Source: Candidatus Poribacteria bacterium (lineage in GTDB: Bacteria; Poribacteria; WGA-4E; WGA-3G). From it: 64,000 bases of DNA. The notes under the pieces were generated by a model. The model had not been told where the DNA came from. It ran no database searches and saw only the letters and a program-made list of their open reading frames with translations. Of this stretch, positions 61,345 through 64,000 are shown in pieces (position 1 is the first letter of the stretch; the number at the start of each line of letters is the position of its first letter). The translations under genes were made by a program, and so were the position numbers. The DNA lies in the NCBI GenBank assembly GCA_965197475.1, contig CBDANF010000002.1:1088001-1152000 (forward strand). The letters run 5' to 3'.

Positions 61345-61860
61345 ATGAAGCAAAACAAGCAAAGTGAGAACCTTGACTCCGCTGCTGATACAGATGTTAG
61401 CTCCGACGAAATTACAAACCTCGGTGTTGGTTCTGATCCGATCCTACAACGTCTTGAACAACTCATCGCAATCGCAGAGCAGTCGGATTTGGCAACGGTT
61501 CGGATTCGAGAAGGTGAAGTTGAAATAGAAATTTCACGCGTAACTACTCAACCTGTACCAACCGCACAAGCCAATACGAATACCACCGCACCCGCCCTTG
61601 TCACTGGCGACCAATCGGGAGACGACATAATTCGATCGCCAATGCCCGCGCGTTTCTATCGCGCACCAGCACCTGATGAACCCCCATTTATTGAAGTCGG
61701 TGATACTGTTACAGCCGGTGCTTCCTTATCTACGCTTGAAGTTATGAAAACTTACAACGATGTTGAGGCTCCTTTCAATTGTGAAATCCTCGAAATTCTT
61801 GTTGAAGATGGTGAAGCAGTTGAATACAATCAGGCTCTCTTTCGAGTGAGGCAAACCTAA
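61345..61860 (+). CDS. accB: acetyl-CoA carboxylase biotin carboxyl carrier protein
   Basis: SPM...FYRAP.P, EVMK biotin site, VEYNQALF. Confidence 0.9.
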   Translation: MKQNKQSENLDSAADTDVSSDEITNLGVGSDPILQRLEQLIAIAEQSDLATVRIREGEVEIEISRVTTQPVPTAQANTNTTAPALVTGDQSGDDIIRSPMPARFYRAPAPDEPPFIEVGDTVTAGASLSTLEVMKTYNDVEAPFNCEILEILVEDGEAVEYNQALFRVRQT

Positions 61861-61864
61861 AACT

Positions 61865-63223
61865 ATGTTTCAAAAAATACTGATCGCAAACCGCGGTGAG
61901 ATAGCTATCCGTATTATCCGTGCCTGTAAGGATATGGGTATTAGGACTGTTGCTATATTTTCTACAGCAGATAGAGACGCGCTCCACGTCCAGTACGCCG
62001 ATGAATCCTACTGTATCGGACCGCCACCTTCAACCGAAAGTTATCTTAAATATGCGAACATCACTGCTGTTGCTGACTTTGCCAATGTTGATGCGATACA
62101 CCCAGGGGCCGGGTTTCTCGCTGAAGATGCACAGTTCGCTGAAATTTGTGAAGCACACCAAATAAAATTTATTGGTCCTTCCATTAGCGATCTCAAAACT
62201 ATGGGCGACAAAGTTCGAGCGTTAGAGGCAGTCGCAAAAGCAGGTTTGAAACTCGTTCCCGGTAGCCAAAGTAGGAAACAGAAGAAAGATAAAAATGCGA
62301 CCGTTGAAACAGCTGAGGAAGCAGCCGAATTGGCTGAAAAGATCGGATACCCGGTCGGAATCAAAGCATCCGCAGGCGGCGGCGGTCGTGGTATTCGCAT
62401 CGCACTCAATCGTCCCAGCCTGTTCAACCTATTTCACACGGCAAAATCCGAGAGCGAAGCCGCTTTTGGCAACGGTGATGTCTATATCGAAAAATGGATT
62501 GAAGAGGCACGGCATATTGAAGTCCAAATATTGGGGGATACTCACGGCAATGTCGTCCACCTTGGGGAACGCGAATGCTCTATCCAACGCAGACAGCAGA
62601 AATTGCTTGAAGAAGCCCCCGCCGCATCTATACCCTCTAAACTCTGTAATGAAATCTGTAAAGCAGCTGTTAAAGCCGCTAAATCAATCGGATACTCAAA
62701 TGCTGGTACAATTGAGTTTGTTGTTGATAAAGATGGAAATTTCTATTTCCTTGAGATGAATACACGGATTCAGGTCGAACACACCATCACTGAGAGTATC
62801 ACCGGTATTGATTTGATTAAGGAACAGATCCGATTGGCAATGGGAGAAGAACTCGGATACAACCAATCTGATATCCGCATCAGCGGACACGCTATTGAAT
62901 GCAGAATCAATGCTGAAGACCCCGCAAATCAGTTTATGCCTTCACCAGGGTTAGTTACAGATTATCAACCTCCCGGTGGTATCGGTATTCGGGTTGACGG
63001 GTATATCTACACCGGTTATACGGTTCCCCCGCACTATGATTCGCTTGTTGGGAAATTAATCGCTACTGGTAGAGACCGAAACGAAGCCATTGCACGTTTG
63101 AAACGGGCACTTTCCGAATTTAAAATTGAAGGCATAAAAACCACAATTCCACTCCATCAAAGAATCCTAAATGACGAGCGGTTTCTAAACAGAACCATTT
63201 TCACCAATTTCCTACAAACATGA
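61865..63223 (+). CDS. accC: acetyl-CoA carboxylase biotin carboxylase
   Basis: LIANRGEIA, GGGGRG, ERECSIQRR, EMNTRIQVEH. Confidence 0.96.
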   Translation: MFQKILIANRGEIAIRIIRACKDMGIRTVAIFSTADRDALHVQYADESYCIGPPPSTESYLKYANITAVADFANVDAIHPGAGFLAEDAQFAEICEAHQIKFIGPSISDLKTMGDKVRALEAVAKAGLKLVPGSQSRKQKKDKNATVETAEEAAELAEKIGYPVGIKASAGGGGRGIRIALNRPSLFNLFHTAKSESEAAFGNGDVYIEKWIEEARHIEVQILGDTHGNVVHLGERECSIQRRQQKLLEEAPAASIPSKLCNEICKAAVKAAKSIGYSNAGTIEFVVDKDGNFYFLEMNTRIQVEHTITESITGIDLIKEQIRLAMGEELGYNQSDIRISGHAIECRINAEDPANQFMPSPGLVTDYQPPGGIGIRVDGYIYTGYTVPPHYDSLVGKLIATGRDRNEAIARLKRALSEFKIEGIKTTIPLHQRILNDERFLNRTIFTNFLQT

Positions 63224-64000
63224 TGACATCAATTGGTCAAACCACTGAGGAAGTAAACCCTGAATTTACTACACTGGTAGAAAGATTCAGGCATCTTGTC
63301 TTACACCTTCTTATCTTTGTCAGAAAAATCCTAAAAAAGGTAAAACAATATAAAATAGTGGATAGATGGCGCATTAAAAACTATATGTGTTCCATCGCCG
63401 CTCTCATAGTCCTCCTGATTCCAGTAACTACAAATGCTGCTACCTTCGTTGATGTGACAAATGCAGCAGACATTGATTTTCAACATTCAAACGGTACCCG
63501 CTCCAGTTTACTTCCAGAAGATATGGGATCAGGAGCTGGCTTTGCCGATATAGATAACGATGGTGATCTTGATCTCTACATTGTAAATATCCCCGGTGCA
63601 TTCAAGGGAATGTCATCCAAAAAATCCGCTACTCAATCTGCGAATATGCTGTATCGTAACAACGGCAACGGCACCTTTACTGACATCACAGATTCCGCGA
63701 ACGTTGGAGACACTGGATACGGCATGGGATGTGTCTTTGCAGATTACAATGGGGATGGCAACGTTGACCTCTATGTGACAAACTACGGTGAAAATGTGCT
63801 CTATCATAACAACGGAGACAGCACCTTTACCGATGTGACAAAAACTGCTGGAGTCGGGTGTCCATTGTGGAGTACCGGTGCCGCTTTTGCTGATTACGAT
63901 GGCGATAACGATTTAGACCTCTACGTTTGTAACTACGTTAACTATGATCTTGAGAAATTCCAACAGAAGAAAGCGGAATCAGAACAATTCGGAAAATTAG
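63220..64000 (+). CDS. FG-GAP repeat (CRTAC1/ASPIC-UnbV-like) protein, partial; start uncertain (63220, 63358 or 63385)
   Basis: FVDVT, ADIDNDGDLDLYIVN, LYRNNGNGTFTDIT, ADYNGDG; frame open to the window end. Confidence 0.85.
   Translation, partial: MMTSIGQTTEEVNPEFTTLVERFRHLVLHLLIFVRKILKKVKQYKIVDRWRIKNYMCSIAALIVLLIPVTTNAATFVDVTNAADIDFQHSNGTRSSLLPEDMGSGAGFADIDNDGDLDLYIVNIPGAFKGMSSKKSATQSANMLYRNNGNGTFTDITDSANVGDTGYGMGCVFADYNGDGNVDLYVTNYGENVLYHNNGDSTFTDVTKTAGVGCPLWSTGAAFADYDGDNDLDLYVCNYVNYDLEKFQQKKAESEQFGKL

Overview
Bacterial chromosomal window. Dockerin-tailed WD40 proteins, several PhyH dioxygenases, an FG-GAP protein and dense palindromic repeats suggest Ca. Poribacteria or a similar sponge-associated lineage (inference). 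Housekeeping blocks: purD (partial), a T-box-led ilvB-ilvN-ilvC operon, rimP-nusA-ylxR-infB-[MTase relic]-DUF503-rbfA-DHH-ribF, an RsbW/RsbV/GAF-PP2C partner switch followed by DUF58-VWA, rph-rdgB and efp-accB-accC. The most notable feature is a two-gene module present twice (4.9-8.1 kb and 46.5-58.6 kb): a membrane-anchored TPR protein followed by a secreted HExGHxxxxxH metallopeptidase with a conserved N-terminal domain and different C-terminal anchors. At the second locus the TPR gene forms a mosaic array of four, and each of the three orphan copies is followed only by a stub of the peptidase 5' end. An IS1595 element with passenger genes, a predicted antisense-controlled RBS switch and a candidate structured RNA sits in that array. 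Also present: an IS4-type element and many MITE/REP families, including ten copies of one MITE with target-site duplications.
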